Source: Gammaproteobacteria bacterium
GTDB lineage: Bacteria > Pseudomonadota > Gammaproteobacteria > Steroidobacterales > Rariloculaceae
Length of the DNA: 64,000 bases
Assembly: GCA_035644475.1 (NCBI GenBank)
Contig: DASQOL010000030.1
Coordinates: 6,646-70,645 of the forward strand
Reading direction: 5' to 3'
A model generated the notes under the pieces. The model searched no databases and had not been told where the DNA came from. It worked only from the letters and a program-made list of their open reading frames with translations. The position numbers and the translations under genes are program-made. Positions 9,948-19,229 of the stretch are shown piece after piece (position 1 is the stretch's first letter; each line of letters opens with the position of its first letter).

Positions 9948-10560
9948 TTTCCCTTTCTCGAATTGAACGCTCGATATTGGTGATGGCATCCAGCTTGGCG
10001 CGCGCTTCGTCGAGCTCGATCTGGAGCTGCTTGTTTTCCTCGAGCGCGGCCTGCAGCCGTTGCGCGCTTTGGTCGTTGCGTGCGGCGGTGGCCGCCACGG
10101 CCGCGCGCTGCAGGCGTTGCGCTTCCGCGTCCAGGATCAACCTTTGCTCTACTTCTTTCAAGTGAACCTGCGCGAGGATGCGCTCCTCCGGCAGCAGGGC
10201 GTCGCGGTCCGCGAGGAGCTCGCCGAGCAGCCGCTGTGCTTCGCGCGGGTTCGCCGACGGGTGTCCGGGCGTCGCGAGCGCGAGCGCGAGGTTCAGGCGG
10301 TTCGTCGTCGTCGGCGACGCTTCCACCGCGTCCTCGGCGGCGCGAAACGCATCCGCTTGCGCGACCGCGTCGCCCTCGACGAGCGCGCGGAGCGTCTCGA
10401 GATAGACCGCGAGGGTATCGGCATTCGGCGACCGGGCCGGACCGTTACCCGCCGTCTCCGCTGTCCGCGGCTCGGGGCCCCGATTGCCGAAGAGCCCGCC
10501 CGTGGAGCTGCAAGCCCCGAGTAAGAGCGTGACCACGAGCGACGCCGTGAGCTTAGCCAT
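9928..10560 (-). CDS. qseG: Lipoprotein of the QseG/YfhG type (accessory component of the GlrK-GlrR system)
   Basis: Lipobox in MAKLTASLVVTLLLGAC. The C-terminal coiled coil LEENKQLQIELDEARAKLDAITNIERSIRERE resembles the E. coli QseG tail (..KLENLTDIERQL..). It sits between the kinase and regulator genes and overlaps both. Confidence 0.65.
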   Translation of the reverse strand: MAKLTASLVVTLLLGACSSTGGLFGNRGPEPRTAETAGNGPARSPNADTLAVYLETLRALVEGDAVAQADAFRAAEDAVEASPTTTNRLNLALALATPGHPSANPREAQRLLGELLADRDALLPEERILAQVHLKEVEQRLILDAEAQRLQRAAVAATAARNDQSAQRLQAALEENKQLQIELDEARAKLDAITNIERSIRERENGANPK

Positions 10561-12037
10561 TCACCACCGCAAGTGCGCGCTTGTCGGCGGCCCGACGCAG
10601 CGGCAGACGTACCTGGAAATGTGCGCCGGAGTACTCGCTGTCCTGCACGATGCACACCGAGCCGCCGTGCGCCAGCACGCACTCCGCGACCACCGAGAGC
10701 CCGATGCCGGTGCCGCCGACGGGGCCTCCCTGCGGGCGCCGGCCCTGGTAGAAGGCCTCGAAGATCCGCTCGCCGTCGTCGGGATGCACTCCCGGGCCGG
10801 TGTCGGCGACGTCGATCACGAGGTCGGTATCGTCCATCCCCGCGTTGATGTGGATCGCGCCATCGTTCGGCGTGAACTTGATCGCGTTCGACAGCAGGTT
10901 CTCGAGCACGAGCTTGAGCTTGCCCTCGTCGGCACGCACGGTGATCGGGCTCACGTTGAGCCTGAGCTTGATCTTCCTGTTCGAGATCACGAGCCTATGC
11001 TGGCTCAGCACGCCGAACACCATCGGCTTGAGCTCGAACTCCGCGAGCTCGAGCTGCGCGGTCTGAGTCTGCCAAGCGCTGAACATCAGCAAGTTCTCGA
11101 TGAGCTTTTGGAGCTTGACGCCGTTGTCGCGGAGAATTCCCGTGACTTCCTGCTGCTCCCGATCGAGCTGACCCACGGACCCGTCGAGCAGCAGCTCCGT
11201 GCCTTCGCGAATGTTGGCGAGCGGCGTCTTGAGCTCGTGCGACATGTGCCGAAGGAACTTGTTCTTCTCGTCGGTCGATTCCTTGAGGCGATGCCGCAGC
11301 CATTCGAGCTGCCGGCCGAGAGTCTCGATGTCGTTCGGGCCGCTGACGGTGATCGGCCGGCTGAAATCGCCTTCGCCGAGCTCGCGGATCGCGCGGTCGA
11401 CCTGGCGCATCGGGCGGCCGACGAGCAGCAGGAACAGCACCACGAGCACCAGCGTGCCGGGGATCAGCGCCGCGGACTGCCAGGCGATCGCCTGCTGCGC
11501 GGAACGCGTCTTTTCCTGAAGCCTGTTCAGGCGCTCGTTGACCTCGAGGCGCATGCCGAGGGCGACGTCGCGCGCGGTCGAGTTGAGCATGCTGAAATCG
11601 TTGACGATCGCGTCGAGCGCTGCTTGCGTCGGCGGACCGTTGCGCAGCTCGCGGTGCAGGTGTCGCGACTGCCCAACGAGCTTCTGCAGCTGATCCCCGA
11701 TCGTGCCGTTGGACGGCAGCGCGGAGAGCAGCGCGACGCTCTGCTCGAACGCGGCCTGATCGGCGTCGTAGAAATTGAGCCGGTCCGACGCCGACGCGAC
11801 GTTGTCCTTCAGCTCGACGTAGGTGCGCGCGTTGCGCTCCATCGTGTTCAGGAGGCTCGAGATCTTTTGGTTCTCGAGGGTCGTGGTCGAGCTGTCGGAG
11901 AGCACGGCTTCGCTCTCGGCTGCGAGCTGCCCGAGCTTGAACCACGCGTTGCCGATCGCCACCAAGAGGGGCAGCGTGACGAACCCGAGGCCGAGCAGCA
12001 CCAAGCCCAGCAGGGTTCGGGGTCGCCAGAATTTCAC
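10553..12037 (-). CDS. glrK: Sensor histidine kinase GlrK/QseE type
   Basis: Two TM segments and a HAMP domain are followed by the H-box FLRHMSHELKTPLANIREGTELL. The ATPase motifs are NLLSNAIKFT, DTGPGV and GTGIGLS. Its stop overlaps the qseG-like start (ATGGCTAA). Confidence 0.8.
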   Translation of the reverse strand: MKFWRPRTLLGLVLLGLGFVTLPLLVAIGNAWFKLGQLAAESEAVLSDSSTTTLENQKISSLLNTMERNARTYVELKDNVASASDRLNFYDADQAAFEQSVALLSALPSNGTIGDQLQKLVGQSRHLHRELRNGPPTQAALDAIVNDFSMLNSTARDVALGMRLEVNERLNRLQEKTRSAQQAIAWQSAALIPGTLVLVVLFLLLVGRPMRQVDRAIRELGEGDFSRPITVSGPNDIETLGRQLEWLRHRLKESTDEKNKFLRHMSHELKTPLANIREGTELLLDGSVGQLDREQQEVTGILRDNGVKLQKLIENLLMFSAWQTQTAQLELAEFELKPMVFGVLSQHRLVISNRKIKLRLNVSPITVRADEGKLKLVLENLLSNAIKFTPNDGAIHINAGMDDTDLVIDVADTGPGVHPDDGERIFEAFYQGRRPQGGPVGGTGIGLSVVAECVLAHGGSVCIVQDSEYSGAHFQVRLPLRRAADKRALAVVNG

Positions 12038-12055
12038 GGGGCCAGTCCCATGCCG

Positions 12056-13054
12056 TTACGAGCTCCAGTGCCCCGCCGCGAGCTTGCGTTCCCACGCGAG
12101 CGACGTCGACACGATCTTGGCGAGGTCGTCGTGGCGAGGTTGCCAGCCGAGGGTGTGGCGGATTCTGGAGGCGCGCGCGACCAGTGACGGCGGATCGCCG
12201 GCGCGACGCGGCGCTTCCCGTTTCGAGATCGGGTGTCCCGCGACCGTTTCGACCATGCTTATGAGCTCGCGAACGCTATAGCCGCGGCCGTAGCCGCAGT
12301 TCAATGTCGTGGATTCGCCGCCCCGGCGCAAGTAGCCCAAGGCCTTGAGGTGCGCGTCCGCGAGATCTTCGACGTGGATGTAGTCGCGGACACCGGTGCC
12401 ATCCGGCGTGGAGTAGTCGGTGCCGAAGATCGCGACGTGGTCGCGCTTGCCGACCGCCACCTCGCAAGCGACCTTGGTCAGCAGCGTAGCCTTCGGAGTG
12501 GCCTGGCCGATGCGTCCCATGGGATCGGAGCCGGCCACGTTGAAATAGCGGAGCGCGACGTAGGTCAGCGGATTGACGGCGGCGACGTCGCGCAGCATCC
12601 ATTCGGTCATGAGCTTCGAGAGCCCGTAGGGGTTGATCGGCATCGTCGGGGTGTCTTCCGAGGCTTCGCCGTCGGCCGGGATGCCGTACACCGCGGCCGT
12701 CGACGAGAACACGACGTGCCGGACGCCCGCCTTGAGCGCTTGCTCGAGCAGCGTGCGGCTCGCGCAGGTGTTGTTGCGGTAGTACTTGAGCGGATCGGCC
12801 ACCGATTCCGGCACGACGGTATGCGCGGCGAAGTGCATGACGGTGTCGATCTCGTAGCGGCCGAATAGCTTCTCGAGCGCCTTCGCGTCGCCGGTGTTGC
12901 CCACCACGAGCTCGCCATGCAGCACCGCCTGCTTGAAGCCCGTGGACAAGTCATCGAGCACCACGACGGCCTCGCCCGCCTCGCCGAGTTGGCGCACGAC
13001 GTGCGAGCCGATGTAGCCCGCCCCACCGGTGACCAGAATTGTCTTGTCGCTCAT
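12056..13054 (-). CDS. galE: UDP-glucose 4-epimerase
   Basis: MSDKTILVTGGAGYIGSHVVRQL (Rossmann GxxGxxG), NPYGLSKLM (YxxxK) and the full-length GalE-like sequence. Confidence 0.9.
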   Translation of the reverse strand: MSDKTILVTGGAGYIGSHVVRQLGEAGEAVVVLDDLSTGFKQAVLHGELVVGNTGDAKALEKLFGRYEIDTVMHFAAHTVVPESVADPLKYYRNNTCASRTLLEQALKAGVRHVVFSSTAAVYGIPADGEASEDTPTMPINPYGLSKLMTEWMLRDVAAVNPLTYVALRYFNVAGSDPMGRIGQATPKATLLTKVACEVAVGKRDHVAIFGTDYSTPDGTGVRDYIHVEDLADAHLKALGYLRRGGESTTLNCGYGRGYSVRELISMVETVAGHPISKREAPRRAGDPPSLVARASRIRHTLGWQPRHDDLAKIVSTSLAWERKLAAGHWSS

Positions 13055-13306
13055 ATGTTTAACGAAGTGACATAATCAATCGAAGAGTGTAGCAGGTCCG
13101 CCCGGCCGTACCGGGATACCGGTCGCAGTTTGCATCCCGCGGATCGCCCCGGTCCCAAGGCGCGCGATGCGCGGGCGGTCTTCGTTGCGTCGCGTGACGC
13201 ATACACGTCTGCCCGAGCGCAGCCGAAGGTACGATCCGAGCGTTATGGGCCAGCCACCGCCGCACGGCGGCTCGCCGCTTTCTGTGTCGGACAGGGGAAT
13301 AGTCGC

Positions 13307-15088
13307 GTGGACAGGCTCGGTACGAGAGTTGCCGCTGCGCAGCTCGCGTTGGTGATCCTCTTCGCCGCCGGTTGCGGCGGCGGCGGGGACGGCGACGGCG
13401 GGTCGGGCGGCTCGTTTGCCGGCGCGCCGCCGCCTCCGCCCCCGCCGAGCTCAGGCGGCAACGTGACCATCAGCGGCAAGGTGACCTTCGATCTCGTCCC
13501 GAGCATCGCCGGTTTCGGTCTCGACTACGGGCACGCAACCCCCAAGCCGGCGCGGGGCGTTTCGGTCGAGCTCCGCAGCGGCGCGGGCGTGCTCCAGACC
13601 ACGGTGACGGACGCCTCGGGCGGTTACTCGTTCAGCGTGGCTCAAGGCCTCGGCGTGTCGATCCGGGTGCGTGCGGAGATGGTGCGCAGCGGCACGCCCG
13701 GGTGGGATTTCCGCGTCGTCGACAACACCAGCGGCGATGCGCTCTACGTGCTCGCCGGCGCGCAGTTCAATACGGGCACGGCGGACGTCACCCGCGATCT
13801 GAACGCTCCCTCGGGTTGGGACGGCGCGAGCTACACGAGCGCGCGCTCCGCGGCGCCGTTCGCCGTCCTCGACGTCGTCTACGATTCCGTTCAGCTCGTG
13901 CTGAGCGCGCAGCCGAGCATCAGCTTTCCCGCGCTGCGTCTCTATTGGAGCCCGAGCAACAAGCCGACGGTCGGCGCAAGCGGGGCGCCCGATCCCGCGA
14001 CGGGCGAGATCGGCTCGAGCTTCTTCACGACCGGCTCGCAGACCGCCGTCGGCATTTTTCTGCTCGGCGCGGCGGATGACGACACCGACGAGTACGACCG
14101 TCACGTGATCGCGCACGAGTGGGGCCACTACCTCGAGACGATGTTCTCGCGGTCCGACAGCATCGGCGGCCCGCACGCGCTCGGCGACCAGCTCGACATG
14201 CGCACGGCTTTCGGCGAAGGCTGGGGCAACGCGTTCTCCGGGATGGCGACGGCCGACAGCATCTACTCCGACTCCGGCGGCGCCGGTCAACGGCATGGGT
14301 TCTCGTTCGACATCGAGGGTCCGGCGTTTCCCGGTCGCGTGAACCCGGCGCCCGGTTGGTACAGCGAGGAGTCGGTTCAGGAGCTGCTCTACGACTTGTT
14401 CGACGCGCACATAGACGCGGGCGGCGACCACACCGCGGTCGACGACGTGGCGCTCGGCTTCGGCCCCGTCTTCGCCGTGCTCACCGACCGGCAACGCACG
14501 AACGTCGCGCTGACCTCGGTGTTCCCGTTCCTGAACGGGCTGCGCTCCGATCGGCCGGCTGAAGCCGCTTCGATCGACGCGCTCGCCGCCGCGCAGAGCA
14601 TCGCGAAGGCGAGCGACGATTACGGCAGTGCCGAGACGAGCTTCGGCCACCCCGAAACCGGGGACTTCCACAAGGTGTACTCGCAGCTCACGGTCGGCGG
14701 GCCCGCCGTCAACGTTTGCAGCCTCGACTCGTTCAAGAGCAACGTCACTGGCTCGACCAACAAGCTCGCCTCGCGCCGGTTCCTCAAGGTGGACGTGCAG
14801 AACGCGGGGCCGCACACGTTCACGGCGCGCGCCGTTGCGCCGATCGGCGGCGCCGCGGATCCGGACATGGTGCTGCATCGCGCTGGAGTGGTGGCGATGT
14901 CGGACAGCGCGCCGACGGCGCAATGCACCTCCGCCACTCCGGCGCAGTGCAGCGAGGCCTTCACGCAGACGCTGTCCGCGGGCGCTTACGTCCTGGAGGT
15001 CTACGAATGGACGAACACGAACTCCGCGGACGATCCGAGCCCGCCGCTCGGCCGCACGTGCTTCGACGTGACGGTGGCGTCGCCATGA
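13307..15088 (+). CDS. Secreted lipoprotein zinc metalloprotease (HExxH) with a carboxypeptidase-regulatory-like N-domain and a pre-peptidase-C-terminal-like domain
   Basis: GTG 13307 is preceded by AGGGGA. Lipobox LALVILFAAGC, followed by a Gly/Pro-rich linker. HEWGH is encoded at 14114-14128 (VIAHEWGHYLE). VTISGKVTFDL...VTDASGGYSFSV is CarboxypepD_reg-like. The C-terminal AADPDMVLHRAG...YVLEVYEW is PPC-like. Confidence 0.6.
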   Translation: MDRLGTRVAAAQLALVILFAAGCGGGGDGDGGSGGSFAGAPPPPPPPSSGGNVTISGKVTFDLVPSIAGFGLDYGHATPKPARGVSVELRSGAGVLQTTVTDASGGYSFSVAQGLGVSIRVRAEMVRSGTPGWDFRVVDNTSGDALYVLAGAQFNTGTADVTRDLNAPSGWDGASYTSARSAAPFAVLDVVYDSVQLVLSAQPSISFPALRLYWSPSNKPTVGASGAPDPATGEIGSSFFTTGSQTAVGIFLLGAADDDTDEYDRHVIAHEWGHYLETMFSRSDSIGGPHALGDQLDMRTAFGEGWGNAFSGMATADSIYSDSGGAGQRHGFSFDIEGPAFPGRVNPAPGWYSEESVQELLYDLFDAHIDAGGDHTAVDDVALGFGPVFAVLTDRQRTNVALTSVFPFLNGLRSDRPAEAASIDALAAAQSIAKASDDYGSAETSFGHPETGDFHKVYSQLTVGGPAVNVCSLDSFKSNVTGSTNKLASRRFLKVDVQNAGPHTFTARAVAPIGGAADPDMVLHRAGVVAMSDSAPTAQCTSATPAQCSEAFTQTLSAGAYVLEVYEWTNTNSADDPSPPLGRTCFDVTVASP

Positions 15089-15606
15089 CGCGCCGCGCTA
15101 CACGGCTCGCGGCGGCGATGCTCGCGTGCGTCTGCGCTGCGGCCAGCGGCGCGCCGCGCCCGCAGGCTAGCCCGCCGACGAGATCGCCCGGCAAGCCCAC
15201 GGCGCCGATCACGATCGAGTTCGCGCTGGCGGCAGAGCCCGCGGTCGGCGCCGTGCTCGAGGTCTCGATCGAGGTTCGCGCCTCGGCCGAGGTCCGCGAC
15301 CTCGCGCTCGACGTTCGGGCGGCGGACCCGGAGGCGCTGCTCGTCGCCGCGCAAGCGCCGGTGGCGGGGAAGCCGGGCGCCTGGACCGTGACTGTCGTGC
15401 CGCTCGCCGACGCGACGTCGTATCTGAGCGTCACGGCGCAGGGAACGATCGGGGACGCGACGCAGACGCGCTCCGTCGCCATCCCGCTGCGGGTCCCCGC
15501 CGCGAAGCCGACGGCGCAGGCGGCGCGTGCGCCCGCCGCCGCGGGGGAGGGCGAGGGAGTGGTTCTTCTGCCCGCGGTCGAGACCGTTCGGCCGGCACCC
15601 AAGTAA
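15085..15606 (+). CDS. Small secreted protein of unknown function, translationally coupled to the protease gene
   Basis: ATG 15085 overlaps the upstream stop (ATGA). The signal peptide is MTRRATRLAAAMLACVCAAASGA. The mature part is beta-rich and Ala/Val-rich with no recognisable motif. Confidence 0.5.
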   Translation: MTRRATRLAAAMLACVCAAASGAPRPQASPPTRSPGKPTAPITIEFALAAEPAVGAVLEVSIEVRASAEVRDLALDVRAADPEALLVAAQAPVAGKPGAWTVTVVPLADATSYLSVTAQGTIGDATQTRSVAIPLRVPAAKPTAQAARAPAAAGEGEGVVLLPAVETVRPAPK

Positions 15607-15636
15607 TCCGACTCACCAGGGAACGGTCGGCAAGTC

Positions 15637-18600
15637 ATGGCGAAGGATCGCTTTCGAAGCAACATCGCGGCGGCGCTGGCCGGTCCTTCGGCGCGCGATA
15701 GCTTGCTCGAGGTGCTCGCCGGCTACGACGGCGCTCCGGAGTCCCTGAGCCCGGCGGGTCCGTCGCTTCACGCGATCCTCGACAACGTCAAGGATCCGAT
15801 CGTCACCGTCGGCGCCGACGGCCGCGTGCTCGGCGCCAATACCGCCGCCGGCCGCCTGTTCGCGACGACGCCTGCCGAGCTCGTCGGCGGCGACGTCGCG
15901 GCGCTCATTCCGCAGCTCGTGCCGGCCCGCCCGGCGCTCGAGGCGCTCGCCGAATCCGTGGCCGACACCTTCGTGGACGTCGCGCCCGCGCTAGTCGAAG
16001 CGCGCCGCGCCGGCGGCCAGCGCTTCACGGCCGAGGTGTCCGTCAGCAAGGCGCAAGGCGGTGCCGACGGTCAGTGCTTCGTGATCTGCATGCGCGACGT
16101 GACCGAGCGTCTGCAAGACGAGCAGGCGCTGCGCGAGAGCGAGGCGCGCTATCGCGCGCTCGTCGAGAACTCCCCCGAGGCGATCGTGGTGCTCGACGTG
16201 GACCAAGACCGCTTCGTGGACGCGAACGAGAACGCGGCGAGGCTCTTCAAGCTCACCCGCGACGAGCTGTTGCGCGTGGGCCCGCGTGCGATCAGCCCCG
16301 AGCTCCAGAGCGACGGTCTGCCGTCGTTCGGCCTGCAGCGCGGCTACGTGGACCGCGCGCTCAAGGGCGGGCGGCCCGTATTCGAGTGGCTGCACCGCGA
16401 TTCCGCCGGCGCCGAGATTCCGTGCGAGGTGCGGTTCATCCGCTTGCCGTCGTCGCAGCATCGGCTGATCCGCGCCAGCGTCATCGATATCGCCGCGCGG
16501 CGGCACGCCGACACGCTGGCCTACGGCGAGCGGCGGGTGCTCGAGCTCATCGCCGCGAACGCGCCGCTCGAGCGCACGTTCCAGGCCGTCGTCCGGCTCG
16601 TGGAGCAGCTGCATGCGCCGGTGGGGGCGGCCGTGATGCTGCTCGAGAACGACACGCGGCGGCTCAAGCTCGCGGCGGCCAGCGGGTTGCCCGAGCCGGT
16701 CGTCGCCGCGCTCGCCCTGGTGCCGGTGGGTCTCAAGACTAGCGCGTGCAGCGCCGCGGCCTCGCTCGGGCGCCAGGTCGTCGTGCGCGACATCGCGACC
16801 GACCCGTTGTGGTCCGAGCTCGCGCAAGTGCCGACGGTGCACGGAGTGCTGGCCTGCTGCTCGACGCCGATCGTCACGGCGGGCGAGAGGATTCACGGCA
16901 CGCTCGCGCTCTATTTCGATGCCGTGCGCAGCCCGAAGACGGAAGAGCTCGACCTCGTCACGCGACTCACGCAGCTCTTGGGGATAGCGATCCGACGCAA
17001 GGAAGACGAGACGGCTCTCCGCGAGAGCGAGGCGCGGTTTCGCGCGCTGTTCGACAACGTGGTCGACGGCGTCTTCCAGGCGAAGCCGAGCGGCGAGATC
17101 CTGTCGGTGAACCCGGCGTTCGCGCGCATGCTGGGCTACGACGATCAGCTCGAGCTCGGCGCGCGCAACATGGCCGAGCTCTTCGTCGAGCCGCGGGAGC
17201 GCGAGCGGTTGGTCGCGGAGCTCAAGAGCTACGGCCGCGTGCGCAATTTCGAGTATCAGCTGCGCAAGCGCGACGGGCGGTTCATCGTGGCGATCGAGAA
17301 CTCGCGAGTCGTCGTCGACGCCGAGGGCCGGGCGCTCTATTTCGAGGGCACCGTCACCGACATCACGCAGCGCAAGGCCGCCGAGCGCGCCCTGTTCAAC
17401 GAGAAAGAGCGCGCCCAGGTGACGCTGCAGTCGATTGGCGACGCGGTCGTCACCACCGACGCCGACGGCAACGTCGAGTATCTGAACCCCGTGGCCGAGA
17501 AGCTCACGGGCTGGCAGCGGCACGAGGCGCAGGGCCGGCCGATCGACGAGATCATCAGGCTCACGGACGAGTCGAGCGGCGCGGTCGTCGAGAACCCGGT
17601 GTTGCGCTGCCTGCGCGAGGGCCGCGTGGTCGATCTCGCGGACGACGTCGTGCTGGCGGGCCGCGACGGCAGCGGCATTGCGATCCAGGACTCGGCCGCG
17701 CCGATTCAGGACCGCGCCGGGGTCGTCGTCGGGGCCGTGATGGTGTTTCACGACGTGAGCCACGAGCGGCAGCTGCATCGCAAGCTCGCCTACTACGCGA
17801 GCCACGACTCGCTCACGGGATTCATCAACCGCCGTGAGTTCGAGGAGCGCCTGTCCGGCGCGCTGCAGGCCGTGCAGAAGGATCCGGCGCGCTCGAGCGC
17901 GCTGCTCTACATGGACCTCGATCAGTTCAAGGTCGTCAACGATACGTGCGGGCACGCCGCGGGCGACCTACTGCTCCGCCAGCTCGGCGACGTACTGCGC
18001 GCGAATGTTCCTGCGGGCGGCACGCCGGCCCGTCTGGGCGGCGACGAGTTTGCGGTATTGCTCGCCGACTGTACGTTGCAGCGCGCGACGGAGATTGCGG
18101 AAGGGCTCAGGGCCGCGATCGCGGCCTTTCGCTTCGCGTGGCGCGACAGCTCGATGCAGGTTGGCGTCAGTATCGGCATCGCGCCGATGGAGGCGGCGAG
18201 CGAGAGCGTCGGCAGCCTGATGAGCGCGGCCGACGTCGCTTGCTACGTGGCGAAGGACTTGGGCCGCAACCGGATCCACGTCTACGAGGAAGGTGACGCG
18301 GCCGAGCGGCACCAAGAGATGCTGTGGGTCGCGCGGATCACGCGCGCGCTCGAGGAGGAGCGGTTCGAGCTCTACTATCAGCCGATCGTGCCGATCGGTC
18401 GCGTTCAAGCTCCGGCGAATGCCGCCGACGAGGGCGGCGAAGGCGCCGCTTGGCCGCACTACGAGCTGCTGCTCAGAATGCGCGACGAGCGCGGCGAGCT
18501 CGTCATGCCCACCGCCTTCATCCCCGCGGCGGAGCGCTACAACTTGATGCCGAGCCTCGATCGCTGGGTCATCAGCCACACGCTCGAGACGCTCGTCTAT

Positions 18601-19134
18601 CGCGGCGAGCCGGGCACCGCGCCCTATACGCTAGCGATCAATCTTTCGGGCACGACTCTCAACGACGCGCGCTTTCTCGACTTCCTGCTCGACGAGCTCA
18701 CCGCGGCCGCGGTGCCGCCCGGCGCGCTGTGCTTCGAGATTACGGAGACCGCGGCGATCGCGAGCCTGGGGCAGGTCGTTGGCTTCATGCGCGCGCTCAA
18801 GAGCCGCGGCTGCCGGTTCTCGCTCGACGACTTCGGCACGGGGCTGTCGTCGCTGACCTATCTCAAGAACCTGCCTGTCGACTACGTGAAGATCGACGGC
18901 CAATTCATCCGCAACGTGACGCGCGACCCGGCCGACGAGTGCGTCGTCGAGGCGATCGCGCGCATGGCGAAGGCCTTCAAGATTCAAGCGATCGCCGAGC
19001 GCGTCGAAAGCCGCGAGGTGATGCGGCGGCTCGGCGAGCTCGGGGTGTCCTTTGCGCAGGGCTTCTTCATCGCCGTGCCGCAATCCGTGGCCGATCTGCC
19101 GATTCGCCCCGGGCGGGATCGAATCCGCGCCTGA
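15637..19134 (+). CDS. Multidomain c-di-GMP signalling protein (PAS-PAS-GAF-PAS-PAS-GGDEF-EAL)
   Basis: RLGGDEFAVLL is an intact GGDEF motif. The EAL-domain motifs are YYQPIV, ELLLR, EITETAAI, SLDDFGTGLSSL, VKIDGQF and QGFF. There are several PAS-like blocks and a GAF-like block (ACCSTPIV..GTLALYFD). Confidence 0.9.
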   Translation: MAKDRFRSNIAAALAGPSARDSLLEVLAGYDGAPESLSPAGPSLHAILDNVKDPIVTVGADGRVLGANTAAGRLFATTPAELVGGDVAALIPQLVPARPALEALAESVADTFVDVAPALVEARRAGGQRFTAEVSVSKAQGGADGQCFVICMRDVTERLQDEQALRESEARYRALVENSPEAIVVLDVDQDRFVDANENAARLFKLTRDELLRVGPRAISPELQSDGLPSFGLQRGYVDRALKGGRPVFEWLHRDSAGAEIPCEVRFIRLPSSQHRLIRASVIDIAARRHADTLAYGERRVLELIAANAPLERTFQAVVRLVEQLHAPVGAAVMLLENDTRRLKLAAASGLPEPVVAALALVPVGLKTSACSAAASLGRQVVVRDIATDPLWSELAQVPTVHGVLACCSTPIVTAGERIHGTLALYFDAVRSPKTEELDLVTRLTQLLGIAIRRKEDETALRESEARFRALFDNVVDGVFQAKPSGEILSVNPAFARMLGYDDQLELGARNMAELFVEPRERERLVAELKSYGRVRNFEYQLRKRDGRFIVAIENSRVVVDAEGRALYFEGTVTDITQRKAAERALFNEKERAQVTLQSIGDAVVTTDADGNVEYLNPVAEKLTGWQRHEAQGRPIDEIIRLTDESSGAVVENPVLRCLREGRVVDLADDVVLAGRDGSGIAIQDSAAPIQDRAGVVVGAVMVFHDVSHERQLHRKLAYYASHDSLTGFINRREFEERLSGALQAVQKDPARSSALLYMDLDQFKVVNDTCGHAAGDLLLRQLGDVLRANVPAGGTPARLGGDEFAVLLADCTLQRATEIAEGLRAAIAAFRFAWRDSSMQVGVSIGIAPMEAASESVGSLMSAADVACYVAKDLGRNRIHVYEEGDAAERHQEMLWVARITRALEEERFELYYQPIVPIGRVQAPANAADEGGEGAAWPHYELLLRMRDERGELVMPTAFIPAAERYNLMPSLDRWVISHTLETLVYRGEPGTAPYTLAINLSGTTLNDARFLDFLLDELTAAAVPPGALCFEITETAAIASLGQVVGFMRALKSRGCRFSLDDFGTGLSSLTYLKNLPVDYVKIDGQFIRNVTRDPADECVVEAIARMAKAFKIQAIAERVESREVMRRLGELGVSFAQGFFIAVPQSVADLPIRPGRDRIRA

Positions 19135-19229
19135 TCCGCGCCGCCGATTTGGCGTCGCTGCGACCCTGTGCGGCGAGAGTCTCGCGAAGGCCCTTCGAGG
19201 TACGACCGCCGCCGTCGCGCGCATCGCGT

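Noticed and set aside
13119-13136. A sigma-54 promoter-like sequence, CCGGTCGCAGTTTGCAT, upstream of the protease gene and in the galE-upstream region.
   Set aside because: The GG (13121-22) and GC (13132-33) elements are separated by 9 nt rather than the strictly required 10, and the TGGCAC half is poor.
15637-19134. The PAS/GAF/GGDEF/EAL protein as a novelty.
   Set aside because: Both catalytic motifs look intact and the architecture is very common, so nothing beyond an ordinary c-di-GMP turnover protein can be supported from sequence alone.
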